This document shows, piece after piece, positions 7,807-15,340 of a stretch of DNA of 64,000 nucleotides. The DNA comes from Clostridia bacterium. Its GTDB lineage: Bacteria > Bacillota > Clostridia > Oscillospirales > CAG-272. The notes beneath the pieces were generated by a model. The model ran no database searches, was not told where the DNA came from, and worked only from the letters and a program-made list of their open reading frames with translations. Made by a program: the position numbers and the translations under genes. The stretch spans positions 56,592 through 120,591 of the forward strand of contig JAFTSB010000024.1 of the NCBI GenBank assembly GCA_017461945.1, written 5' to 3'. Each line of letters opens with the position of its first letter. The first letter of the stretch is position 1.

Positions 7807-8490
7807 TTAAACTTTCAAAAGGTGTACGATTTTGCCGCTGCTGGCATAGCAGCAGCCGCAGATCAGATTGACATCCTTTGTCGCTCTGATCCCTTGTCCA
7901 CATTCGGGGCAAGTGTATTTCCGAGTGCTGGAGGGCTTTTTAGTGTTGACTCCGTTCGGGTCATCCGTCCCGGTGGCGCCGGTTCCAGCCTTACCGCCCG
8001 GAGGGGGTAAAATCGTACGCACGCCATCGTGGCGGGTGATCCGGATTTCCTCCAGGCCGTTTTCGATACACCATTCAATCAATCGCTCCGAGGGCTCGGT
8101 GTGTGACCATCCGATCCGGTCATCATGGGTGATCACCAGATCACGCTTGACGGCTTCGTCACGAAACTTGGTATTGTGGTAGGTGTAACCGCGCGAGGTG
8201 TCCTTGATACCGTGGGCAAGGTTATAAAGGTGTACCATCTCGTGCAACATCGTTGCCACCACGTTTTCGATGGGGCGTGTCAGCGTGCCCGCCCCGATGT
8301 TCAACTCGTGCCTTTCCTCTTCCTCGCTGGTCCATACCTTTGTCACGGTCACGTGCCCATAGGCTTTGGGTGTGCTTTGAATGGTGATAACCGGTTTTGA
8401 AAGTGCATTTTCAAAATAGCTTGCATTCAGCAACGCAAAAATTTTGTTTAGGTAACCGGAAACGCGGTTGTATTCGGTCATTTGTTTCAT
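7807..8490 (-). CDS. SprT-like zinc metallopeptidase domain protein with C-terminal zinc ribbon (227 aa)
   Basis: HEMVH (HExxH) motif. C-terminal CPECG...CGCC. Start set at MKQMTEY (GGAGGA RBS, 7-nt spacer) rather than ORF-track 8505. Confidence 0.8.
   Translation of the reverse strand: MKQMTEYNRVSGYLNKIFALLNASYFENALSKPVITIQSTPKAYGHVTVTKVWTSEEEERHELNIGAGTLTRPIENVVATMLHEMVHLYNLAHGIKDTSRGYTYHNTKFRDEAVKRDLVITHDDRIGWSHTEPSERLIEWCIENGLEEIRITRHDGVRTILPPPGGKAGTGATGTDDPNGVNTKKPSSTRKYTCPECGQGIRATKDVNLICGCCYASSGKIVHLLKV
8397..8414. repeat. 18-bp palindrome, copy 3 (one mismatch: TTGAAAGTGCATTTTCAA)
   Basis: Lies inside the SprT-like CDS (codons ENALSK). Confidence 0.6.
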
Positions 8491-8601
8491 TTGTGCATCC
8501 TCCATAAAATCAAGGTGTAGTTAGTACCACAGCCATTTTGTGCAAGATTCCGAAAATCACGGATGACCCTTGCAAAAGGTCGTGCCGTATGGTAAGATAG
8601 T

Positions 8602-8638
8602 CACCGAGAGGAACGGGTGCGAGCCGTTCCCCTCGGTG
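8602..8638 (-). terminator. strong stem-loop downstream of mini-gene 8667..8846
   Basis: CACCGAGAGGAACGG-gtgcgag-CCGTTCCCCTCGGTG. Weak U-tract. Confidence 0.4.
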
Positions 8639-8666
8639 GGGCTTTCCCACTTTCGGCCGTTAGCCG

Positions 8667-8846
8667 TTAGCCGTCAGCTTGTTTCAAGTTGACGGCTTTT
8701 TTCTTGCCTTGCAATTCAAGGCAACGCTCGATGCGCGAGAGCAACACGTTGGCGCACTCCACGTTGTGCCCGGTCGGACGCGTTGTGTACTCCGCAAGAG
8801 CCGTGACAAGGGTTACAATCTCCTTGTCATTGACAAATAACTGCAT
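8667..8846 (-). CDS. small hypothetical protein (59 aa)
   Basis: MQLFVNDKEIVTLVTALAEYTTRPTGHNVECANVLLSRIERCLELQGKKKAVNLKQADG. RBS AAGGGGGTGAG. Below the ORF-track cutoff. Confidence 0.45.
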   Translation of the reverse strand: MQLFVNDKEIVTLVTALAEYTTRPTGHNVECANVLLSRIERCLELQGKKKAVNLKQADG

Positions 8847-8849
8847 ATT

Positions 8850-9338
8850 CTCACCCCCTTTCCCGGAACCCCAGAGCCCTTCGGGCTCCGCATCCCCACC
8901 GCCGGTGGCGGTGGAACTTCATGCTCCTTCGGTCCCTCGTTCCCCGCATCCTTTTGCTCGCGGTGGATATTTAGACCTCAGGTGTGATTCCTTCATGCTC
9001 CTTTCGGTTGCCCTGTTCCCGGAGATGAAGCAGCACTGTAGACTCGCAGGGTCAAGGGATCAGCTCGAAAAAATTTTCTTTCCTTTCAAATTCGTTCAAA
9101 GGAAAAATTTTTCGACCCCTTGACCCTGCGGGGATACTGTGCTACGATTCGGAGCGGAACTGGAAAACAGAAAGGAGTGTGAAGGATGCCGGAGGTTGAA
9201 ATATCCAACGCAAAAGAGCAAAATCCGCGTCCCGCCATCCGCAGATGGCGAAACCACAGCCAGGCCAAAACAACTTTTCAAGAAAACAAAGGACTCCCAC
9301 CCAACCAAGGACAAGGCGACGCGTCCGAGGGGGTGAGG
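8850..9338. repeat. ~490-bp imperfect palindrome (two ~240-bp inverted arms, loop at ~9090-9094)
   Basis: Mirror blocks: CTCACCCCCT 8850-8859 with AGGGGGTGAG 9328-9337. TGGATATTT 8964-8972 with AAATATCCA 9199-9207. CGCAGGGTCAAGGG 9046-9059 with CCCTTGACCCTGCG 9117-9130. TCGAAAAAATTTTC... with ...GAAAAATTTTTCGA around the centre. Confidence 0.8.
9120..9148 (+). promoter_or_regulatory. sigma-70-like promoter TTGACC-17-TACGAT (TGn extended -10) on the right palindrome arm
   Basis: TTGACC 9120-9125, 17-nt spacer, TGC-TACGAT 9140-9148. The mirror site on the left arm keeps the -35 (9055-9050) but has a poor -10 (TGCTTC). Confidence 0.45.
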
Positions 9339-9359
9339 GTCAAGCGGGTAGCGACCCCA

Positions 9360-10560
9360 CCCCCTCAGCGCGCCGCCCCGTGAAAAGTCTAAACGCAGCA
9401 TATGCAAAGAAAGGAGTCTATCCAAAATGCCGAGAACCACCAAACACTACAAGAACATCACCAAACCCATCCGGGATAAGCTTGAAGCGCTGTATAATGC
9501 AGGCGTACCCGTTAAGCAAATTTCGGAAGAACTCGGCTATACATTTCAAAGCATCTACCGTGAACTCAAGCGCGGTTACTATATGCACCTCAATTCTGAT
9601 TGGACAGAAACGCGGAAATACAGCGCAGATAAAGCTCAATATTTCGCAGACTTGAATGCCACCGCAAAAGGAGCTCCTCTTAAAATTGGAAATGATCAAC
9701 AGTTTGCAAAATTCGTGGAGGATATGGTGTTGAATGGATATTCTCCCGCTGCCATCCTTGATTTCATCAAAGATAACGGCCTAAAGTTCAATACGAAAGT
9801 GTGCCGTGGTACCCTCTATTCGTATATCGATAAAGGGCTTTTTTTGCGCATTACAAATAAAAACCTGCTTCGTAAAGGTAAGCGTAAAAGAAAACACAAA
9901 AAGGTAAAGGCAGCCAAGCAATTACCCAAAATAGAGCATAGTATAGAAAAACGCCCGCAGGAGATCGCAAAACGGATCACCTTCGGGCATTGGGAGCTTG
10001 ATTCGGTTGTAGGAACACAGAAAAAGGGTGAGACCCTTCTGTGTATGACAGAAAGGCTCACCCGTATGGAGATCATATTTAAATCCCCGGATAAGTCTGC
10101 CGCAAGTACGGTTACAATGTTGAACCGCCTGGAGTGCAAATTCGGAAGCCGTAACTTTCGTCAAATTTTCAAAAGCATTACTTGTGATAATGGAACGGAA
10201 TTTTCCAATACTACGGGAATGGAATACTCCCCGTACACCGGCAAAAAGCGAACCGCCGTGTATTACTGCCACCCGTATTGTTCCTCGGAACGTGGCTCTA
10301 ATGAGAACCAAAACGGTTTTATTCGTCGTTTTATCCCCAAAGGCACCAGAATAAGCAATTACACGAACCAACAGATACAAAGTATCCAGGATTTTATCAA
10401 CGGCTATCCTCGGCGCCTTTTTGACGGTGAAAGCAGCATAAAACGTTTCAAAAATGAGTTAGAAAAACTCAATATAAAAATTTTTGCCTAAAATTCACTC
10501 AACCTCTTGACATTTGCAAACTTTTTTAACTTTTTTTGCCGCAGAGTGCGAAAAAATGTG
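9360..10560 (+). mobile_element. IS30-family insertion sequence (ends approximate)
   Basis: A single transposase ORF of the IS30 type. Only weak candidate terminal inverted repeats seen (about 9365-9393 versus 10525-10553), so boundaries are provisional. Confidence 0.6.
9427..10491 (+). CDS. IS30-family DDE transposase (354 aa)
   Basis: N-terminal HTH region. GHWELDSV, CDNGTEF and SERGSNENQNGFIRRFIPKG motifs typical of IS30 transposases. RBS AAAGGAG. Confidence 0.9.
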   Translation: MPRTTKHYKNITKPIRDKLEALYNAGVPVKQISEELGYTFQSIYRELKRGYYMHLNSDWTETRKYSADKAQYFADLNATAKGAPLKIGNDQQFAKFVEDMVLNGYSPAAILDFIKDNGLKFNTKVCRGTLYSYIDKGLFLRITNKNLLRKGKRKRKHKKVKAAKQLPKIEHSIEKRPQEIAKRITFGHWELDSVVGTQKKGETLLCMTERLTRMEIIFKSPDKSAASTVTMLNRLECKFGSRNFRQIFKSITCDNGTEFSNTTGMEYSPYTGKKRTAVYYCHPYCSSERGSNENQNGFIRRFIPKGTRISNYTNQQIQSIQDFINGYPRRLFDGESSIKRFKNELEKLNIKIFA

Positions 10561-10691
10561 TTTTTGTTTTTGTTTGACTGAAATATCAAAGACAGAGCTT
10601 TACAGAAAAGAAAATCCTTCATTTCCGCTTTACAGAATGTTCATTATATGATATAATATTATTATCCAGTTTAAAAATATAGAAAAAAGTA

Positions 10692-10720
10692 TTGACAATG
10701 CTTCTTTATCGTGGTAATAT
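10692..10720 (+). promoter_or_regulatory. promoter TTGACA-17-TAATAT for the acyltransferase/GT8 operon
   Basis: TTGACA 10692-10697, 17-nt spacer, TAATAT 10715-10720, ~48 nt upstream of ATG 10769. Confidence 0.55.
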
Positions 10721-10768
10721 AGTATCGAAAACCACATATTGTAGTTCTTTACAATAAACGGAGGCTCC

Positions 10769-11563
10769 ATGACCAAAAACAAGCACCCCGATCCCCCCGT
10801 GATCTATTACCAAAATGAGCTGACGGATGAATTTTCCACCGCCGTGATCGAACCCCGTCGCATTGATGCCTCGTATCGATACGACCGCAGCCACGGCATT
10901 CACCGATTGCTACGCTTCTTCTGGTATGGCATCGTCGCCCCCCTCCCTGCATTCTTGTACAGAAAGTTTAAATTTCATCACAAGATCGTAGGGCGCGAAA
11001 AGCTGAAGGCCCACAAAAAGGATGCTATTTTTCTTTTCGGAAATCACACTCAGCCCATTGGCGATGCGGTAATTCCTTCTTTTATTCGTTACCCGGCCTA
11101 TGTCATCGTTCACCCCAATAACGTTTCGATGCCTTATCTTGGGCGTGTTACGCCATATATGGGTGCGATTCCGCTGCCCGATGATCTGACAGCCGCCAAA
11201 GGTTTTGTGGCCACGATTAAAGCCAAGGTAGAAAAGAATCGTGCGATCTTTATTTATCCCGAAGCACACATTTGGCCATATTACACGGGCATTCGTCCCT
11301 TTGGTGATGAATCCTTTCAATACCCCATTAAGTACAACGCCCCTGTATATTCCTTTACTAACACCTATCAAAAACGCCGTTTTTCCAAAAAGCCGCGTAT
11401 GGTGACCTATATTGACGGCCCTTTTTATCCGGATGCTTCACTCCCTCTACGGGAACGCCGCCGCGCTCTGCGCGATGCGGTTTATGCCCAAATGACCGAG
11501 CGCAGTCAACTCTCGGATTGCGTGGTCATAGAATACCGTAAGGCTTCAAAGGAGACTTTATGA
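10769..11563 (+). CDS. lysophospholipid/glycerolipid acyltransferase-family protein (PlsC-like, divergent motifs)
   Basis: GNHTQPIGD (an NHxxxxD-like block with one extra residue) and IYPEAH (variant of the FPEGT block). Stop overlaps the next start (ATGA). Confidence 0.65.
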   Translation: MTKNKHPDPPVIYYQNELTDEFSTAVIEPRRIDASYRYDRSHGIHRLLRFFWYGIVAPLPAFLYRKFKFHHKIVGREKLKAHKKDAIFLFGNHTQPIGDAVIPSFIRYPAYVIVHPNNVSMPYLGRVTPYMGAIPLPDDLTAAKGFVATIKAKVEKNRAIFIYPEAHIWPYYTGIRPFGDESFQYPIKYNAPVYSFTNTYQKRRFSKKPRMVTYIDGPFYPDASLPLRERRRALRDAVYAQMTERSQLSDCVVIEYRKASKETL

Positions 11564-12393
11564 TCCATATTCTGTTCTGCGGAAACCAAGGCGTGTTCGA
11601 CGGCATGCTGACCTGCGCCTTATCCATTTTCCGCCGCTCACAATTAACCGAAGGAATCACTTTTCATCTGATGACGATGGATGTCAGCCATCTGAATCCC
11701 AATTTTGTGCCCATTCAGCCAGAGCAGATCGCGTTCTTTGAACGCGTGATCCAATCGTATCACCCCGATAATACTGTCGCGTGCTATGATGTCAGCGATC
11801 TTTATCAGCAGGAGTTTGCAGGTTGCCCCAATGAAGGTGCTTACTGCTCTCCCTATACGCTGATCCGCTTGCTGGCAGACCGCATCGATGCCCTGCCCGA
11901 CAAGCTGCTTTATCTGGATGTGGATGTAATGTTCAACCGCGACATTCACCTGCTTTGGGATATCGATGTTTCCGGCGTGGAATACGCCGCCGCTCGCGAT
12001 CACTATGGCAAATATCTGATCTACCCCAATTACATCAACGCAGGCGTTCTTTTGTGGAATCTGAAAAAGATGCGCGAAACCGGTATTTTGGCCCGAGCCC
12101 GAGTTTTGTTGCGCAAAAAGAAGCTCACCTTTGCCGACCAAAGCGCTCTGATCCGCTCCACCACAAAAAAGAAAATGCTCCCGCAGAAATTCAACGACCA
12201 AAAGTTTTTACACAAAAGCACGGTCGTGAGACATTTTTCAAAGCGTCTTTTCTATCTTCCCTACCCCCACACTGAAAACATCAAGCAATGGCATGTTGAC
12301 CGCGTGCATCAAGTATTTGGCTATCATTGCTTTGACGATATTTTTGATGAATATCAATCCCTAATCCAACAGTACAGAGGAGAGTTTCAATGA
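11560..12393 (+). CDS. glycosyltransferase family 8-like protein
   Basis: LLYLDVDVMF (DxD), NAGVLLWNL and ADQSAL blocks typical of GT8 retaining glycosyltransferases. ATGA overlaps at both ends. Confidence 0.75.
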   Translation: MIHILFCGNQGVFDGMLTCALSIFRRSQLTEGITFHLMTMDVSHLNPNFVPIQPEQIAFFERVIQSYHPDNTVACYDVSDLYQQEFAGCPNEGAYCSPYTLIRLLADRIDALPDKLLYLDVDVMFNRDIHLLWDIDVSGVEYAAARDHYGKYLIYPNYINAGVLLWNLKKMRETGILARARVLLRKKKLTFADQSALIRSTTKKKMLPQKFNDQKFLHKSTVVRHFSKRLFYLPYPHTENIKQWHVDRVHQVFGYHCFDDIFDEYQSLIQQYRGEFQ

Positions 12394-14150
12394 GCAAGAC
12401 CATTCCGATTTTTTACGCTTGCGACAATAACTTTTTTAAATATACCGTGGTATCCTTGGCTTCTATGATTGCCAATGCCTCTCCGCGTCATCAGTACGAG
12501 GTGCATATCCTGCACACCGATATCACCCCCGAAAATCAGGCCATTGCCAAGCGTTTGGAAACTAAGCAATTTACTGTGACCTTTGATGATGTGACCGAGT
12601 ATCTGCATTCCATCAAGGATAAAATGCCCATCCGCGATTACTACTCCAAAACCACTTATTACCGACTGTTCATTGCCGATATGTTTCCCGAAATCAAAAA
12701 GACAATCTACATTGACAGTGACACCATTGTTCAAGGTAACATTGCCGAGCTCTATGACCACAACATCAGCGATTATGCTGTTGGCGCTTGCCACGAGCAG
12801 GCTATGGTTCAAGAGAACGTATACGGTACCTATGTAGAAAAATGCATCGGTATTGACCGCAACTCCTTCTTCAATGCGGGCGTTTTGCTGATCAACTGTG
12901 AGTATTTCCGCGAGAACAAGGTGCTGGGGCAGTTTATGGAGCTGCTTGGCTTTTACAATTTCCGCGTCACGCAGGATGAGGACTATCTCAATGTTATTTG
13001 CCGTGACAAGGTCTTGTTCCTACATCAAAAATGGAACACCGAGGTCTTTGGTGATATTTTTGTCCCCCTGGAGGAGGCCTGCGTGATCCATTACATCATG
13101 GTCGCCAAGCCCTGGCACTTCCACGATTGCCATTGGGGTGATATCTTTTGGAAATACGCCGAACAAACCGAGGTGTATGGCGATCTGAAGGAAATCCTTG
13201 ACACCTATACAGACGAGCAAAGAGCCGAGGATATGGCCTCTTGCGACCGCCTTGCACAGCTTGCTATTGAAGAAACCAATCGCCCCGATACCTATGTGGC
13301 CCGTGTTAAGGAAAAGGTCCGTGAAGAACGTATGCGCGTGTTGGAAAAGATCGAACAGTATGAGCGCGAAGGTCGCTTTGATGAGGATGTGGAGGATGAC
13401 CCGCCCGGACGCCAGATTCGCCCCGGTGAGGTGGATTATCTGCGCAAAAAGCCCATCAGCCGCGTCAATCGTCGCATTGCCTACAATATGGCAAAGCACT
13501 TTTTGGACAAGATTTTAAAAGAGAAAAAGATGATTGTAAAAGACATCATTGGCGCCGAGCATTTCGCAGAGCTGGAAAGCGGCGCGATGATCACCTGCAA
13601 CCATTTTAACGCTTTTGACAGCTTTGCTATGCAAATGGCTTATGAAAAGGCCGATGTCAAAGGGCGTGCCCTTTTCCGGATCATTCGCGAGGGCAATTAT
13701 ACCTCTTTCCCCGGCTTTTACGGCTACCTTATGCGCAATTACAACACCCTGCCCCTTTCTTCCAACGCCAAGGTCATGCAGGAATTTATGCGTGCCACCA
13801 GCCTGCTTTTGCAAAAGGGGCATTTTATCCTGATCTATCCCGAGCAAAGTATGTGGTGGAACTATCGTAAGCCTAAGCCCCTGCAAAAGGGTGGTTATTA
13901 TATTGCCGCCAGAAACAACGTGCCCGTTCTCCCCTGCTTTATCACAATGGAGGATAGCGATCTGATCGGCGAAGACGGATTCCCCATTCAGGAATACACC
14001 ATTCACGTCTGCACTCCCATTTATCCCGATCCCGAAAAAACAGTCAAGGAAAATACCGCCATGATGATGGAGAAAAACGCAGAGATCTGGAAGGACATTT
14101 ACGAAACCACCTACGGCATTCCGCTCTCGTATACCACCGAGCAAAAATAA
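12390..14150 (+). CDS. fusion protein: N-terminal GT8 glycosyltransferase + C-terminal PlsC-like acyltransferase (586 aa)
   Basis: N-terminal half: IYIDSDTIV (DxD), NAGVLLIN, QDEDYLN. C-terminal half: CNHFNAFD (H-x4-D) and IYPEQSMWW. Confidence 0.75.
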   Translation: MSKTIPIFYACDNNFFKYTVVSLASMIANASPRHQYEVHILHTDITPENQAIAKRLETKQFTVTFDDVTEYLHSIKDKMPIRDYYSKTTYYRLFIADMFPEIKKTIYIDSDTIVQGNIAELYDHNISDYAVGACHEQAMVQENVYGTYVEKCIGIDRNSFFNAGVLLINCEYFRENKVLGQFMELLGFYNFRVTQDEDYLNVICRDKVLFLHQKWNTEVFGDIFVPLEEACVIHYIMVAKPWHFHDCHWGDIFWKYAEQTEVYGDLKEILDTYTDEQRAEDMASCDRLAQLAIEETNRPDTYVARVKEKVREERMRVLEKIEQYEREGRFDEDVEDDPPGRQIRPGEVDYLRKKPISRVNRRIAYNMAKHFLDKILKEKKMIVKDIIGAEHFAELESGAMITCNHFNAFDSFAMQMAYEKADVKGRALFRIIREGNYTSFPGFYGYLMRNYNTLPLSSNAKVMQEFMRATSLLLQKGHFILIYPEQSMWWNYRKPKPLQKGGYYIAARNNVPVLPCFITMEDSDLIGEDGFPIQEYTIHVCTPIYPDPEKTVKENTAMMMEKNAEIWKDIYETTYGIPLSYTTEQK

Positions 14151-14212
14151 CAAAAAAAGACCGGCTATTGCGTGATATCCTTAGCGGGAAATTTGCACCA
14201 ATCATAATAAAG

Positions 14213-14250
14213 AAAAAGTCATTACGAAACTGTTCGTAATGACTTTTTCT
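14213..14250. terminator. bidirectional terminator
   Basis: AAAAAGTCATTACGAA-actg-TTCGTAATGACTTTTT between convergent gene ends. Confidence 0.75.
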
Positions 14251-14264
14251 TTTAAGTCTTTTTA

Positions 14265-14402
14265 TTACCATGGCTTGTTCTTTTTCTTTTCTTCAGCCCG
14301 CTTCTTCGTATAATATCCTATGATAGCAGCCCTTTGCTTTTGCTTTGCCTCCGGCGTTTTTGCTTTCACATATTTTCCTTTTCCAAGAGGTTTCTTTTTC
14401 AT
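14265..14402 (-). CDS. 45-aa lysine-rich mini-protein (tentative)
   Basis: MKKKPLGKGKYVKAKTPEAKQKQRAAIIGYYTKKRAEEKKKNKPW. Its ATG overlaps the TGA of the upstream 253-aa gene (ATGA). Confidence 0.4.
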   Translation of the reverse strand: MKKKPLGKGKYVKAKTPEAKQKQRAAIIGYYTKKRAEEKKKNKPW

Positions 14403-15160
14403 TGTATTTCCTCCTCATAAGAAATGACCGTGTCGTATTCTTCGTTTTCATAGTATTTTTGCAACAATCCTATCAACTTTTCAGATGGCTTATATTTTCT
14501 TTCAACAAGATACGAATCGCGCATCTTGCATAGAGGAATTGCACCAATTACTTTGTTTGTTAAATCATATCCAATCAAGTAATTGCTTTGGTCATATGTA
14601 AAGCCGTAAACATAGTGAAAAGCAAACACTCTGATTGACTTACTGTTTACTGTTTCGTGAAAAATTCTGCCTGTTTCACACGCCTTTGCAAAATTGCAAA
14701 GTTCGTCATCAAATGCTATCATTTCACGCTTGTATTGAGGCAATCTTGAATACTCGTTTAACAGTCCGCGTATGTACTCAGTGGTTGTTTGTCCTGTTAT
14801 TTTCGTTTCAGATTGCTCAATTTCATCAAACACTGCATTTTGCTTTGTTGATGGTCTAAACCATATTACCTCATCTAAAATTTCCAATTCCGCATCCGAA
14901 AAATACACTTGATCTATAACGGTGTTTACACACTCGTAAATGGCTTCCGTGTCATTTCTTGCAAAATCTGTGTTCAATATTCTGTGAATTTCATCACGCC
15001 TTGTTTTTCGGAAATATAACAAATTCGGTATAAGCTTATTAAGCAGTCCATTCAAATTTGGCTCTTTTTCTTTTTTCAGAAATCCAAACCTTTCTGCATC
15101 GTTTTGAAGAATTTGAAACACAAAATCCGATACGGATAGCTTTATAATAGAAGAAATCAT
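14399..15160 (-). CDS. hypothetical protein with a WYL-like C-terminal segment (253 aa)
   Basis: C-terminal IRVFAFHYVYGFTYDQSNYLIGYDLTNKVIGAIPLCKMRDSY resembles the WYL-domain pattern (aromatic-YL...hydrophobic...R-[DI]). RBS GAGGTGA. The assignment is by eye only. Confidence 0.6.
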   Translation of the reverse strand: MISSIIKLSVSDFVFQILQNDAERFGFLKKEKEPNLNGLLNKLIPNLLYFRKTRRDEIHRILNTDFARNDTEAIYECVNTVIDQVYFSDAELEILDEVIWFRPSTKQNAVFDEIEQSETKITGQTTTEYIRGLLNEYSRLPQYKREMIAFDDELCNFAKACETGRIFHETVNSKSIRVFAFHYVYGFTYDQSNYLIGYDLTNKVIGAIPLCKMRDSYLVERKYKPSEKLIGLLQKYYENEEYDTVISYEEEIQ

Positions 15161-15340
15161 TTCATCACCTCATAACTATTTTACACTATGTAAACCTAAA
15201 AATCAACATATTATTAGAAAATATACCCATTTTGTAAACCACCAAATTCAAAATACAGAGGACAGACAAACAAAAGAATTTATGATAGACTATTGTTGCA
15301 GGGTAAAAATCTTGACTTTATTTCAAGGAGGTGATATACT

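Larger units (their letters stand above)
1..8860. mobile_element. putative integrated mobile/viral-like element, right-hand portion (left end outside the window; right end near the large palindrome and IS30)
   Basis: No housekeeping genes. Two convergent modules of exported/membrane proteins, a chain of ATGA-overlapping mini-ORFs, a SprT-like peptidase, a repeated 18-bp palindrome, and an adjacent IS. No integrase, relaxase or capsid gene recognised inside the window. Confidence 0.35.

Noticed and set aside
8689-9655. ORFs 8689..9123(+), 9096..9443(-), 9139..9336(+), 9186..9383(+), 9245..9655(+) across the palindrome
   Set aside because: They are mutually overlapping, Pro/Arg/Gly-rich, lack RBSs, and mirror one another because the DNA is an inverted repeat. 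9245..9655 also runs out of frame into the IS30 transposase gene.
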